From assembly GCF_009914755.1 (NCBI RefSeq), contig NC_060927.1: a DNA stretch of 64,000 bases, one strand, 5' to 3'. Below the pieces are notes generated by a model that saw only the letters and a list, made by a program, of their open reading frames with translations, was not told the origin of the DNA and made no database searches. The stretch is from the human T2T-CHM13v2.0 reference genome, Homo sapiens. Each line of letters opens with the position of its first letter. Position 1 is the stretch's first letter. Positions 13,620 through 28,191 of this stretch are shown here, piece by piece. Position numbers and translations under genes: made by a program.

Positions 13620-14666
13620 CCCCTTACCATCTCATTAAAACCTAATCACCCTTACCCCACTCAATGCCAATATCCCATCCTGCAGCATGCTTTAAAAAGA
13701 TTAAAGCCTGTTATCACTCACCTGCTACAGCATGGCCTTTTAAAGCCTATAAACTCTCCTTACAATTCCCCCATTTACCTGTCCTAAAACCAGACAAGCC
13801 TTACAAGTTAGTTCAGGATCTGCACCTTATCAACCAAATCGTTTTGCCTATCCACCCTGTGGTGCCCAACCTGTACACTCTTTTGTCCTCAATACCTTTC
13901 TCCACAACTCACTATTCCGTTCTCGATCTTAAAGATGCTTTCTTCACTATTCCCCTGCACCCCTCGTCCCAGCCTCTCTTTGCTTTCACTTAGACTGACC
14001 CTGACACCCATTAGGCTCAGCAAATTACCTAGGCTGTACTGCCGCAAGGCTTCATAGACAGCCCCCATTACTTCAGTCAAGCCCAAATTTCATCCTCATC
14101 TGTTACCTATCTCGGCATAATTCTCATAAAAACATACTTGCTTTCCCTGCTGATCATGTCCGATTAATCTCCCAAACCTCAATCCCTTACAAAACAACAA
14201 CTTTCCTTCCTAGGCATAGTTAGTGTGGTCAGAATTCTTACACAAGAGCCAGGACTGCACCCTGTAGCCTTTCTGTGCAAACAACTTGACCTTACTGTTT
14301 TAGCCTAGCCCTCACGTCTGCGTGCAGTGGCTGCCACTGCTTTAATACTTTTAGAGGCCCTCAAAATCACAAACTCACTCTCTACAGTTCTCATAACTTC
14401 CAAAATCTATTTTCTTCCTCATACCTGACGCATACACTTTCTGCTCCCCGGCTCCTTCAGCTGTACTCACTCTTTGCTGAGTCTCCCACAATTACCATTG
14501 TTCCTGGCCCGGACTTCAATCCGGCCTCCCACATTATTCCTGATACCACACCTGACCCCCATGACTGTATCTCTCTGATCCACCTGACATTCATCTCATT
14601 TCCCCAAATCTCCTTCTTTCCTGTTCCTCACCCTGATCACACTTGATTTATTGATGGCGGTTTCCA
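13620..14666 (+). pseudogene. pol: HERV-H pol relic (RT N-terminal half to start of RNase H)
   Basis: [11 protein letters not shown]...[17 protein letters not shown]...LPQGF motifs; stops, frameshifts and deletions. Confidence 0.9.
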
Positions 14667-14781
14667 ATTTTAATTTTTAAGAGAGTGAATATTGATTAAT
14701 ATAATCTATATATATGTAAGCTCTATAGGGTTGTAGAGGAGGAAATATACAGTTCTGACTTTCTGTCACAGTCACCAGAGC

Positions 14782-15329
14782 TGTAGCGGAGAAAGTTTTC
14801 TCTCTTCCCTCTCTGAGTTCTTATCTGAACTGCCTGTAACAAAAGACAGATGAACAAAAGAAAAACAAACAGAAATGTATTAACATGCATACCTCCTGTA
14901 TATACATAGGAGATACCCAAAGAAATGAGTAAATCTCCAAAAGGTGGTTTAGACTTCAGGCTTAAATACTATCTTCAGCTGGAACAGAAAGAGGAAACCA
15001 GTAATGGGGAGATGACCTAGAAAAGCACAGTTTAAAAAAAGTGAAGTTTGTTATGCAGATTTAAGTCAGCGCCTTAGCCATTAACAAAATTTTCTTGTGA
15101 TTTACAACCATCTTTCTCTTTAGGAGATACTCTTACAAATGGATACTTCCTTCATAGATTTAGATTTCCTTATAAAAAAAATTCTACTCCGTTTTCAGAG
15201 CTTTTCCTTTGTCTGAAGTTTCTCAAAATAATCAACTTTAATTCTTAAGCCAAAAGAGGCATATTTTAATGTGGCGTACTCTGGTCTCCTACAGTCATAT
15301 TTTGAGGTAGCATATTCTGTTCTCCTATA
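14782..15329 (-). mobile_element. MER34-family solo LTR
   Basis: Ends gccaaaagaggcatattttaatgtggcgtactctggtctcctacagtcatattttgaggtagcatattctgttctcctata (duplicated terminus). Confidence 0.8.
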
Positions 15330-15420
15330 GTCTGCTAAATATTTTTTTTAAGAGTGTAAAGAGATCAGGAGGCAAAGAAGTTTGAAAACTGCCTAGCTAA
15401 AATATTATATAAAATGGGGC

Positions 15421-15789
<369 letters not shown>

Positions 15790-15915
15790 CTAGAATTAAG
15801 TCATTGGTAAATAGACTTGTATAATTAGCTGTTCCCTACTTTGTGTTCCAACCTATTTCACTACACATGTTTGTAATAAAACCTGTTCTTACATAGGATT
15901 AAGAAGACGGGTCTG

Positions 15916-16202
15916 GCTTGGCACAGCAGCTCACACCTGTAATCCCAGCACTTTGGGAGGCTAAGGCAGGTGGATCACCTGGCCTGGCCAACATGGCGAA
16001 ACCCCATCTCTGCTAAAAATACAAAAATTAGCTGGGCGTGGTGGTGGGTGCCTGTAATCTCAGCTACTCAGGAGGCTGAGGCAGAAGAATTGCTTTAACC
16101 TGGGAAGCGGAGGTGGCAGTGAGCCGAGATTACACCAATGCACTCCAGCCTGAATGACAAGAGCAAGACTCTGTCTCAAAAAGAAAAAAAAAAAAAAAAA
16201 AA
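15916..16202 (+). mobile_element. AluS with ~20-bp left-arm deletion
   Basis: ggatcacct joins directly to ggcctggccaacatgg (gaggtcaggagttcgagacc missing); A tail present. Confidence 0.92.
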
Positions 16203-16339
16203 CAGGGGTCTGATGGCCTATTTACATGCATTTAAGAAATAATGAAACAACATTAAATTATGGCAGAGGAGTGTAAATGAAATTCATGTCTACATAATCA
16301 ACCCAAAGCTACCATATTATTAAGGATGTGAAGAGTACT

Positions 16340-16855
16340 GGTATTCTGACACTTTTTTTTCCCAAGGGAAATACCATATTAGTGGCATATCAGTCCCTGT
16401 CAGACACTTAAAGAAGTTAAGGGTTGAGGTATGGGGGTACTCATTCTCTTCCCCTCTTGCTCTGGGAGCTGGGGGACATTGGTTTAGGAAACTAAGTATT
16501 CCTACCTGTACTTTTGAATCCTAAGACAGTAAAGCAAAGGCAGAGAGACAAACAGAAAATTCACAGCAGTCGTGGCAGGGTTGAAAATGTTGTGGGCTAG
16601 TAAGCATCTGCCCTACAGTAGTGGCAGCAGCTGTGGTGGCAAATGAGAGTCCACTGTTGGTGGTTCTAGTGTCAAAGACATGATCTTGCCTCTGTTTTCA
16701 TCAGTCTAGTCTCTGTTGGTTCAAGTCCAAATTCTGAGTCTGATTCTGGAGCCTTCCCATGATACTGCAATTACCTTATCCTTCCAGTTAAATTATCTGC
16801 TTATTTCACCAGAATTGGGAATTTCGTTGTTTGCTACCCAGAACCCAACAAATAC
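16340..16855 (+). mobile_element. Ancient ERVL-type LTR (LTR16/LTR33/LTR41-like)
   Basis: 3' end tttcgttgtttgctacccagaacccaacaaatac resembles old ERVL LTR termini. Confidence 0.4.
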
Positions 16856-16864
16856 TGGCTGCTG

Positions 16865-17070
16865 AATTAGACAGATTTGGGCATTCAGTTCCAGTTTCAC
16901 TATGTTCAAGCTATGTGAACTTAGCCAAATTGTTTCACCTCCTAAAAATGTAAAAATAATAATAATTGTCTCTTTAGTTTTGGTTTATTGATCTGTATAT
17001 TAAAGTTATTGTTATGAAGATCAAATGAGATAATGCATATAAAAACAGTACAGCATCTGCTTGGAATACA
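16865..17070 (+). mobile_element. MIR SINE
   Basis: agctatgtgaacttagccaaattgtttcacctc...gaagatcaaatgagataatgcatataaaa. Confidence 0.7.
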
Positions 17071-17402
17071 TTTGAAATATAATCAGAGAAAAGTACATTT
17101 CACAAATAAAATTACTCTAAGATTAATATGAGTGAATATAGACAAGACTTTACTCTTACATTTTTTCAATATTTTTTTTTCCTGAGAAACATGTAGAGTT
17201 TAACAAAAAATAACCATTAACTTTTCTATCATATTCCTCTAATCCATTTCTGTTGCTGTATCAAATCATCATTCCTTCTTTCTACTTAGAGCTCATTCAA
17301 TACTGTTTTTTAAAGTAGTGATATTGGTATTTTGGATGGGACAAGTGTTTATTGTACACGGCTGCCCCAAGCATAGCATAATCATCACTGATTATTGCCC
17401 AT

Positions 17403-17799
17403 TGATATGGTTTGAATATATGTCTCCACTAAATATCATGCTGAATTGTAATCCCCAATGTTGGAAGTGGGGCCTGGGGGGAGGTAGGGATCATGGGTAG
17501 GGATCCCTCTTGGTGTGGTGCTATCCTTGCAATAGTGATTTCTTGTGAGATCTGGTTAATGCAAAGTGTGGCACCTCCCCCCGCCCAACCACCACTCTCT
17601 CTTGCTCCTGCTCCCTCCATCTGAGATACCTGCTCCCCCTTTGTCTTACGTCATTATTGAAATCCTCTTGAGGCCTCCCCAGAAGCCGATGCCAGCACTA
17701 TGCTTCCTGTACAACTTGTGGAATTGTGAGCCAATTAAACCTCTTATAAATTACTCAGTCTCAGGTATTTATTTACAGCAATGCAGGAATGTCCTAACA
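17403..17799 (+). mobile_element. MST (MSTA-like) MaLR solo LTR
   Basis: tgatatggtttgaat...gaattgtaatccccaatgttggaagtggggcct...gagccaattaaacctc...cctaaca. Confidence 0.9.
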
Positions 17800-17807
17800 G
17801 GCCCACG

Positions 17808-18260
17808 TACGAGCCAAGGAAAAGTTTATCTCCATCCTCTAGAAGTTCACTGAAAATGAACTAACAAAAAGTGGATTATAGGAGAAAAAGGCATAGGAAA
17901 TTTATTTTAATATGCATATGGATATGAGAGCTATACACAAAGTGAGAGACTCAATGAGGTGTCAAATGATTGAGGCTTAAATATTCTTTTCATAGGGGAG
18001 AAATGTATGGACCCAGAAAGCAGACATTATTTTGAAAATGATTCTCTATGGAAGTTAGATGGGAAGGTTATGGGAAGGTGAGAGGCAGAACTGCACAGGA
18101 ACAAAAATTGTCTTATTATGGAGAAAAAGTCCTCCAGGTAATCTCTGGGAGCTTCCTCACAAGAATAAATACAAAGTCTGTTTGGGTGTGGTGATGACTT
18201 CTAGTCTCATCTCTTCTGTGGTGGTTAATCTTTCCTGGTTAATTGATGATGTTCCTCTTT
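17808..18260 (-). mobile_element. MER4-group ERV1 LTR, interrupted by MST (resumes ~18950)
   Basis: gagccaaggaaaagtt...gaagttcactgaaaatgaact...gaggcttaaata is typical of reverse-complement MER4-group LTRs. Confidence 0.55.
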
Positions 18261-18949
<689 letters not shown>

Positions 18950-19009
18950 GAGGGAGTCTTAGGACAATTGCATTTCCTTTAGGTATCTGTTCTAGGTAAG
19001 AAGCCTCAT

Positions 19010-19380
19010 GTACAGAAAGAACTTAGACTTTGGATTCATCTAGGGATAGACCGCAGACCATAGACAAGTTATTCATTCTCTCTGGGCTTCAGTTTTCTCA
19101 TCTGTTAAACTGGAATAAGAATTATATCAACTGGATGAGATTGATGTGGGATTACGTGAGGTAATATGTGTAAAGCACTTCAAATAATGCTAGACACAGA
19201 GTATGATCTCAGCATGTTAGTTGCTACCAAGCCATCACACTAATATTTTTAATTATCTATGAACTGGGACTGAAATTAGCACCACGTCATCAGATTTTAA
19301 AAAGTAAATGAGATAAAATATGTAAAATGTGTACTTTTTCATAGTAAATTCTCAGGGGATGTCAGCTGTTATATTATTGT
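19010..19380 (+). mobile_element. MIR fragments
   Basis: ctctctgggcttcagttttctcatctgttaaactggaataag...atgtgtaaagcactt. Confidence 0.7.
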
Positions 19381-19569
19381 TCTTAAAACTTTGGTTTACT
19401 TCCTATAATATGAAGTCAAGAAGATGGATGCTGTGGTTTCCTCTATGTAACAGGGCAAGTCTTTCTTCCCTGTAATATAACAAATGGAGCTTTATCAACT
19501 ACCCTGGCTTTTGGCAAAAAGTAAATTTTCAAACTGAATGTGCTTTAGAATAATTTTCAGACAGTTATA

Positions 19570-19930
19570 AATGTAACTCTCACACAAAGATAAAATGAAT
19601 ATATGTCAAAAATTTCATTAAACTCATTAATGAAGGAACCAGTAGGATGTTAAAACAAGTTCAATATAGAGTTTATAGAGCAAAGCTAAAGCCAAGAATG
19701 TTGAAATGCATTTTCTAAGAGATGCAAAACTGGTTAATATCCTATAGGACCATATAATGTAATAATTGCTGTTATCTTTTCTACAGAGCAAAAATTAATT
19801 GTATATCATCCAGACAAAATTTACTTACATTGATACAGACAAGAATCACTTTTATTACTGTCAGTTTTCTATAATTTAACTTGTATTCCTGTAAGTGCTA
19901 ACCCATAAAAAGCCAGTTAAAGGTACATGG
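19570..19930. mobile_element. Possible old ERV1 LTR (LTR37-like)
   Basis: aaaaatttcattaaactcattaatgaaggaaccagtaggatgtta resembles my recollection of LTR37. Confidence 0.35.
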
Positions 19931-20184
19931 CCCTATGGAATCAGATCATCTCTGAAAGTTTGCATGACAAGACTCAGCATTTTATCAAAAGGACACCTAA
20001 TAATATTTTTTGCCCATTTCCCATCTTGAACATTTATTTTCAAACAAGTGCTGCTTCTGAATACTGCCCTTTCAAGGAGAAGTTATTTATTCTATGACAA
20101 TTTTACAATACATATTAGACAGTCCCCTCCTATCTATACCACTGTGTGTATATGTTTATAGACTTTTTAAAACATTGTTTGCCA

Positions 20185-22980
20185 ACTTATTTTTCCAGTT
20201 GTATTTATTTATTGGTATATAAAAAGACTACACATAATTAATGCATACAATTTGGTGAGTTTGACCCACCTGTGTGTTACCATCACCAAAATTCAGGTAA
20301 TAATTAAATGTTCTTCTCATTATAATCAATGAAACTCATTAACACATTGTTATCACCCAAAGTACATAGTTTAAATTAGGCTCACTCTTTATGTTGTACA
20401 TTCTATAAGTTCTGGCAAATGTATAATAACATATATCCACTATTGTAGTATCATGTAAAGTGGTTTTACTTTCCTAAAAATCCTCTGTGCTCTATTCATC
20501 CTTCTCTCCCTCCAACCCCTGGCAACCACTGATGTTTTTACTGTTTCCATAGGTTCGCCTTCTCCAAAATGTCTTATATTTGGAATCATACAGTATGTAA
20601 TATTTTCGTATAAGCTTATTTCACTAGTAACATGCATTTAAGTTTTCTCCATGTCTTGTTATGGCTTCACAGCTCATTTCTTTTTAGCACGGAATAATAC
20701 TCCATTGTCTGAATGTACCACAGTTTGTTTATTGATTTGTCTACTGATGGTCATCTTGGTTGTTTCCAAGTTTTGACAATTATAAATAAAATTGCTGTAA
20801 ACATTTGTGTCCAGGTTTTTGTGTGGCCACAGATTTTCAATTCCTTTGGGTAAATATTAAGAAGTGTGATTACCTTGTCATATGGTAAAAGTATGTTTAG
20901 TTTTATTAGAAACTGCAAAACCATCTCCCAAAGTGGCTGCACCATTGTACATCCCTACTAGCAATGAATGAGAGTTCCTGTTGCTCCACACCATCTCCAG
21001 CAGTTAATGTTGTAAGTGTTTTGGAATCTGATCATTCAAATAGGTATGTAATGATATCTCATTGTTGTTTTAATTTGTAATTTCCTAGGGACACATGATG
21101 TGGCGCATATTTTTATATGCTTATTTTCCATCTACCTATTTTCTGTTCATGTATTTTGTCAGTTCCTTTAATCACATTGTTGATTTTCTTTCATTAAGAT
21201 TTAAGAGTTCTTCGTATATTTTGAATAACAGTCCTTTTTCAGATGAATATTTCATAAAGATTTTCTCCCAGTCATTACCTTTTCTTCTTTTATTCTTGAC
21301 CATATCTTTTGCAGAACAGAAGTCATTAATTTTAACATCATCAAGCTGATCAGTTATTTCTTTCATGGAACATGCCTTTGGTGCTTTATCTAAAAATTAT
21401 CATCATACACAAGGACATCTAGATTTTCTCCTATAAGTTTTATAGCTTTATATTTCATATTTAGGTCTATGATCCATATTGAGTTAATTTGTGTGAAGGT
21501 TGTAAAGTCGGTGTGTAGATTCATTTCTTTGCATGTGAATGTTCAGCTGTTTCAGCAGAATTTATTAAAAGGACAATCTTTGCTCCATTGAATTGCCTTT
21601 GCTCCTTTTTCAAAGATCAGTTGACTATATTTATGTGGGTCTATTTCTGGGCTCTCTGTTCTGTTCTATTTATCCTGCTTAGAGTTCTCTGAGCTTCCTG
21701 GATGTGCAGTTTGGTATCTGACTTAATTTGGAGTAAATTCTCAGTTATTATTGCTTCAAATATTTCTTCTGTTCCTTTTTCTCTTTCTTCTTATTCTGGT
21801 ATTCCCATAAGGCATAAGTTATACCTTTTATAGTTGCCCCACAGGTCTTGGATAGTCTGTTCTGGCTTTTTTGTTCTGTTTTGTCTTGTTTTCTTGGCTT
21901 TTTTCCCTTTGACCTTCCATTTTGGAAGCTTCTATTGACATATCCTCAAGCCCAGAGATTCTTTTCCTCAGCCATGTCTAGTCTACTAATGAGTCCATCA
22001 AAAGCATTCTTCACATCTGTTACAGTGTTTTGATCTCTAGCATTTCTATTTTTTTTCTTAGAATTTCCATTACCCATCTGTCTTTGCAGGTTGTGTATTT
22101 TATCCATTAATGCTCTTAGCATAATACTCATAGTTGTTTTATATTCTCCATCTGATAATGCCAACATCCCTGCTACATCCACGCCTGGTTCTAATGCTTG
22201 CTCTGTTCTTCAAACTGTTTTTTTTTCTTTTTTGCTCTTTAATCTTTTTTTAATAGCCAGACATGGCATACTGGGTAAGAGGATCTGTTGTAAATTGGTC
22301 TTTGGCCATGTAGTGGTAAGGTGGGGGAAGTGGAAGAATTTTTTCGTCCTATGATTAGGTCTCAGTCTTTTAGTGAGCCTGTGCCACTGAACTGTGAACT
22401 GCACAAGTATTTCTCTCACTTTAGCGGGGATAGGATGACTAAAGGACACTGAGGCTGAGTATGTTCCTTCAACCAGGTAGGTTAGAGTTTGGTAAAACCC
22501 AGCAGGTTAGGCTCTGTAAAATATATTCTCCCAAGGATAAGTCTTATTAAGAAAAACAGAATGCCCTGGCATATGTCAAAATGATTCCTTTTCCCCATCC
22601 CTTGCCAGAAGCACAAAGGAATTTTTCTCCAATATTCACTATGAGAACCTGGTTGAGCTCCTGGAGGTAAAACTCACCAAAATGTGCCCCTCCCACAATG
22701 CCCTGGAGTTTTCAACTCTCATCCTTGTCCATACTGAGCCTCCAGGATTTGTCAATTACGGTTTTAAGGTTTCCCTAGTAAATACTAGTTCTGGAGAAGT
22801 TTGCTCCTGGGTTTCTCCCTGTCGGTCATTCCAATTTTGGGGGTAGTGGTTTGTCCTGTAATCCCATTCTCTAACAAATCTATGAAGGGTTGCTGACTTT
22901 TCAGTTTCTCAGCTTTTTACTTACTGTAAGGACAGAGTGAAAACTTCCAAACTCCTCAGATGCCAGACAGAAAATCCTTC
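20185..22980 (-). mobile_element. Old L1 (L1MC/L1MD-like): 3' UTR and ORF2 end joined to ORF1/5' region
   Basis: ORF2-end peptides (QPLWEMVLQFLIKLNILLPYD; KNKRRKGNDWEKIF) and ORF1-like KNAFDGLISRLDMAEE; junction near 21680. Confidence 0.85.
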
Positions 22981-25900
22981 TACTGTTTTTACTGTGATTT
23001 TACCTACAGATTTGACGTCATACATTCCCACTTGTGTGTAGCCCACACATTTTCTCCAAATTAACCTAGAATTGCCATTGCCACTTCCAGAATTTGACCA
23101 AAAAAATTATCTAAATATGCTTTCTGGTTATAGTAATTGTCATGGGAATACTATGACTAAGAGAAAAACGCTACAAATATGGGATTCATTTTGTTCACAG
23201 AGAGTTATCAATGTGAGGGAAAAGAGCAATGTATTTAAAAGCTGTCTCTTCTTGTTCACAGGTACTAAATACTGTCCATCTCTTTAAACATTTTACCTCT
23301 CTACGGGCCCCATGGTAAAGTGAATTCTACTCTTAACTATTTGGAAAGCAGTTTGTTAAGCAGAGAAACACTGAGCTGTGAATTAAAACTTCTAATGTGA
23401 CACTGGAGGCACATAGAATTTTATCCAGATATTATAGAATATTAATGTATTTAAATTTTATTAAGCAAGTCAATGGGAGTAATTTCATGGTGATAAGATA
23501 TCTAATTTCATTGCCTTCAGTGGCCCAGCTTTGTCTCATGTTTTTGTCCATTTTTTGCAGGCTTATAGCTAAACTGCTCTACACATAGACATCATCTTCT
23601 CTATTTTAAAATATTCGGACACCTGCAATAACACATAGTCATAAAGCTCTTTTATATTGAGTTATTCATCCTTCAGCTTGTTTTCATTATAGGTCTATTG
23701 GAAGATTTCCACCCTCAGTCTTACTCTCTTAGCAGTTAATTAAAATATTCTTGCTACTGAAATGTACTATATAGTTCCTATAAATTAGGGGATGTCAAAT
23801 ATTGTAGTTTTCTTAGAGTAGCTAGGATTCTTCCTTTTTTAAAAATTCCCACTATTTCATACTTGCAGCAATTTAGAAAAATTGCCAATGCATCAATTAA
23901 TGCCAATTGTCTAAAGGCTTCTATAATTTGAGCTTAAAATGCTAGCTCCAACCATAGAGCTTTGTATTTCCATGAACTGAGACTTAAAATACTGGGTTCA
24001 ATGTTCATTTACCTAATGTTCCCCGGTAATAAAGACATCTATTAAGGACATCTGTTGCAATTTGGTAACCTCTAATTTTAATGGAAAATAATAGAGTTCA
24101 TGTCTGTAAGATTAGAGGTTATGGACTAGGTCTTTACACTGGTTTGGCGTCCTGGATATAATGTTCTGCCAGCCAACCTAATACATTCGCAAAAGGCCCA
24201 AAGTCTTGGTTCTGCAGGCCAATAAAAAGAAATAAAGAAAGAAAAACTTTTCTATCTTGTCATTTTGATCATTGCCTTGTTGAAAATCTGTCACCACCTG
24301 CTAGAAAATAATACTTTGTTTCTCTTTTTAAAAAGCACATGAAGAGACAAGAAACCAGTGAATAATTACACAGTAAAATGTACTTTGCCAACTAAAAACA
24401 AGAGGGTGGGAAAAGGCAGAAGAGAGAAGAGAAGTAGAGAAAAGGGTAGGGATGAAAATCTCTGAAACTCTGTATAGTCCCCCAAACCCCCCATAGAGTT
24501 CATGGCCTTTCACTGATACTTAGGTTTTCGACATTTTTCTCTTTGTAGGGGATGGGGATTCGGGGGTGAGAGAGAGACAAAACCTTTGCCTCTTGAACTG
24601 ACAACCTACAGATAGTAAAAAGAATGCATCTGAGAAAACAATTATATCTGCCAACTTCAGCCACTGTAACAATGAAATCGTGACTGTTTTTAAATTCAAG
24701 CCAAACTTTAGCATTCCTTTTGAATCCAAGTCCTTAATGGCATTTATGACTCTCATGGGTATTTATTTTAGCTGAATATCTTGCATTTGCTATGCCAAGA
24801 GCAATCCCAAGTAAAAAGGATTCCTGTCACTTTATTCAGGCTTCAACAAAAAGCACCCAAGCCAGTAAATCACTAAATGGGACTACCAACTTCCTATGAC
24901 ATGCATGAATAATGCCTTAGCAGTCAGCTCACCGGAAAAATTAGAATGGGAGTGAAAAAAATCCTGTAAAAGTATGCCTTCACAAGCTGAGCCCAGAACT
25001 CTATCAAAATCAATTTCTTCCATTTGACATCTGAGTATGTTGAAATGTTCTAACAGGAAGCAACAGAATCAAATTTCTTTTCAACTTGCGTTCTGCATAA
25101 AGGAAGAATTATGATAACCAAGCTCTCACCAGGCTTTAGGTATTACTCAAAGTCCAATGTTAACTTGAGGCCACCTTGAGGCAGGAAAAACAAAGATGAA
25201 GGCAAAAATTTGGTGTTGGACACCTAGATTGACAAAAATCGAGCAAGTCAAGTTTCACACAACTATGTTTTTTCTTCAGTGACAGAAAGTTGGAAATGTC
25301 CTTGATCCAGTTTTACATTGGAGTATCAAAGGAAAAGGTTAATTGTGTAAGACAGTAACAAGATTATGGAATGGGTGTAGAAAGTTAAATATCTTTTACT
25401 ATGATCAGTCCTCTATATAACAGTCCATACAACCTCCTTCATCGAAACCATGAGGCCCCTTGTAACTGAAACTATGTGCTTAACATCTCTGTTAAAGGAA
25501 ACAGAAAGTCATTGAGATGCATTCAAATGTGTTCCTTTTGCTTTTTAGTCAGACTGTGCTTGCAGTTACCTTTGCTTTCTAAATATAATAAACCCAGAGT
25601 TAAGTCATTAAGTGTTGTCACCGAATGTATAAATGGCCACCTTACACATTTCTAAATGAATATCTCATTTTACATGTTGTTTTCTTCAAAAAAATTTTTT
25701 ATCTTAAATTGATTACCCATTACCAAAATGACAAAGAAATTTTTAAATCCTAGGAAAGAAACAAGTTTTTAATGGCATAGCTAATGAAACACATTTCTGT
25801 TGTATTTTCTAGTATATTAATTTATTTCAAAGTATTTCTAAATGTACCAAAATTCACATATGTTTTGCTGAGTTTATTTCAAAATGATTTAGTAGTAATA

Positions 25901-26039
25901 AAAAGTAGAGTTTTTATATTATACTAATTAACATTCTTATCTTGAAAGGTCTGACCTATCATTTTGTATTAGTAATAATACAGAATTTTTCAATAAAAAA
26001 TAAATAAGAGAGCTAAGGCATCATTTTTTGCAGGCTCAT

Positions 26040-26220
26040 GTGGCTCTTTTGGTGATTTATAGACTAATCAATCATTAATAGAATTAAAGGCCATTTATAC
26101 TAAATAAATTGCTTATCGCTGCAGCAAATTGTGTTTTGAGATTTACTGGTAAAGACTATAAATTGCCAGTCATGTTATTAGACATATAAATCACACCGTT
26201 ACTGAAAATTGATTATCTGA
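26040..26220. promoter_or_regulatory. Candidate PBX-HOX enhancer
   Basis: TGATTTAT, ATCAATCA and ATAAATCA within 140 bp of unique DNA. Confidence 0.35.
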
Positions 26221-26462
26221 CTCCAATTTTTCTGAACATATTGTTACTCTTGCTTATTATTTTTCTTACCTAGGTCAGAGAAGTTCAACGCTACAGTGAA
26301 TGAAGAAATGTGCAATTCTAGTATCTAAGGCTAATACTCTAATGTTTTTTGTTGTTGTTTTCTTGTTTTGTTTTGATTTCAATATTCTTTGAGATGAAGA
26401 AAATAAGATTTTTGCTTTTACATAATATTGTAGTATTGTTTTTGTTTTTTCTATTCACTGTC

Positions 26463-26803
26463 TGCTATGGTTTGAATATTTGTGCCTCCCCCAAACTCAT
26501 ATATTGAAATCCTAACCTCCCAATGTGATGGTATTAGGAGGCGGGTCCTTGGGAGATGATTAGCTTAGGAGAACAAGGCACTCTCTAATAGGTTTAGTGC
26601 CTTAAAAAAGAAAAGTGCTCTCTTCTACCATGAGAGATTATGGTGAAAAAACCATCAGAAAGAAGGCCCTCCCCAGAACTCGACTGTGCTGGCAGCCTAA
26701 TCTTGGCTTTCCAACACTGAGAACTGTATGAAATAAATTTCTATTGTTCATAAGCCATCCAGTCTATTGTATTTTATGATACTAGCCCAAATAGACTAAG
26801 ATA
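26463..26803 (+). mobile_element. MLT1A-like MaLR LTR
   Basis: tgctatggtttgaatatttgtgcc...aaataaatttctattgttcataagcc...gactaagata. Confidence 0.85.
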
Positions 26804-27228
26804 CTACCCAAGTCTAACTATCCCAGTCTAACTATATAAAAACTAATATATTTTTAAAAAATCATTGCAAAATATCTCTTGAATTTTATGATGGAACAAT
26901 GTTATAACAAATCCATAATGAACACAGCTTCGTCCTCCTCCTTTGGCATTTTGCTAAGATCCCAAATATATAGTCTGCTTCTAAGAATAGAGGAATCACA
27001 AAAAGTTAAGGCATGCACTATGAATATTTGTGGTGTTTTGATGGTTTTTATGATAATTATTTAAGAGATAAGGTAGCATGTATTATTTGCATCTAGATGA
27101 AAAATTGGTTTAGGAGAACATTCTGGATACAGATTTTGAGTTCTAAATTAGTATGCTAGTTTCCCTGTCACTTGTCTTTTCCTATCTGGTATATGATACA
27201 CCCTACACAAAGTTACCAGAATATTCTT

Positions 27229-27527
27229 TTTTTGTTTTGTTTTTGAGACAGAATCTCGCTCTATTGCCCAGGCTGGAGTGCAATGGCAGGATCATAACTC
27301 ACTGTATCCTCCACCTCCGGGCTCAGGGTATCCTCCTGCCTCACCCCCTGAGTCGCTGGGACTACAGGCACGTGCCACAATGCCCAGCTGAATTTTATTA
27401 TTTTTAAAATTTTTTTGTAGAGAGGAGGTCTTGCCTAGTCTGGTCTAGAACTCCTGGCTGTAAGTGATCCTCCTGCTTCAGACTCCAAAAGCACTGGGAT
27501 GACAGGTGTGAACCACCACACCTGGGC
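27229..27527 (-). mobile_element. AluJ
   Basis: Diverged reverse-complement Alu; TSD agaatattctt. Confidence 0.92.
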
Positions 27528-27802
27528 AGAATATTCTTACATATGGCTCTCATGGTTCCTCCATTATTTATAGTATAATTTTCAAGAATTCCGTTTTCTC
27601 AAACTACTCTTCACAAGCTCTGTCGTCCAGTCAGTCAATTCCAAAAAGTGATTGTTACCTAAACACCCACGTGCCAGATCCACTATGACTGCCCTTATCC
27701 CTCTGATGGTGCATTGCAGCACTACCACTACCATCTCCATCCTTCAGGGCCAGCTCAGAGACAACCGTCTCCAGAAAGTACTCGTTTTCATCAAAATGCT
27801 AG

Positions 27803-28191
<389 letters not shown>

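Larger units (their letters stand above)
10983..14666 (+). mobile_element. HERV-H internal region (deleted RTVL-H type), 3'-truncated with no env or 3' LTR
   Basis: Leader, gag, pro and pol relics; homology stops after acttgatttattgatggcggtttcca (start of RNase H, W/*FIDG). Confidence 0.95.

Noticed and set aside
12703-14666. Functional HERV-H Gag/Pro/Pol
   Set aside because: The protease Asp is lost, there are many stops and frameshifts, and no YVDD-type RT motif is visible.
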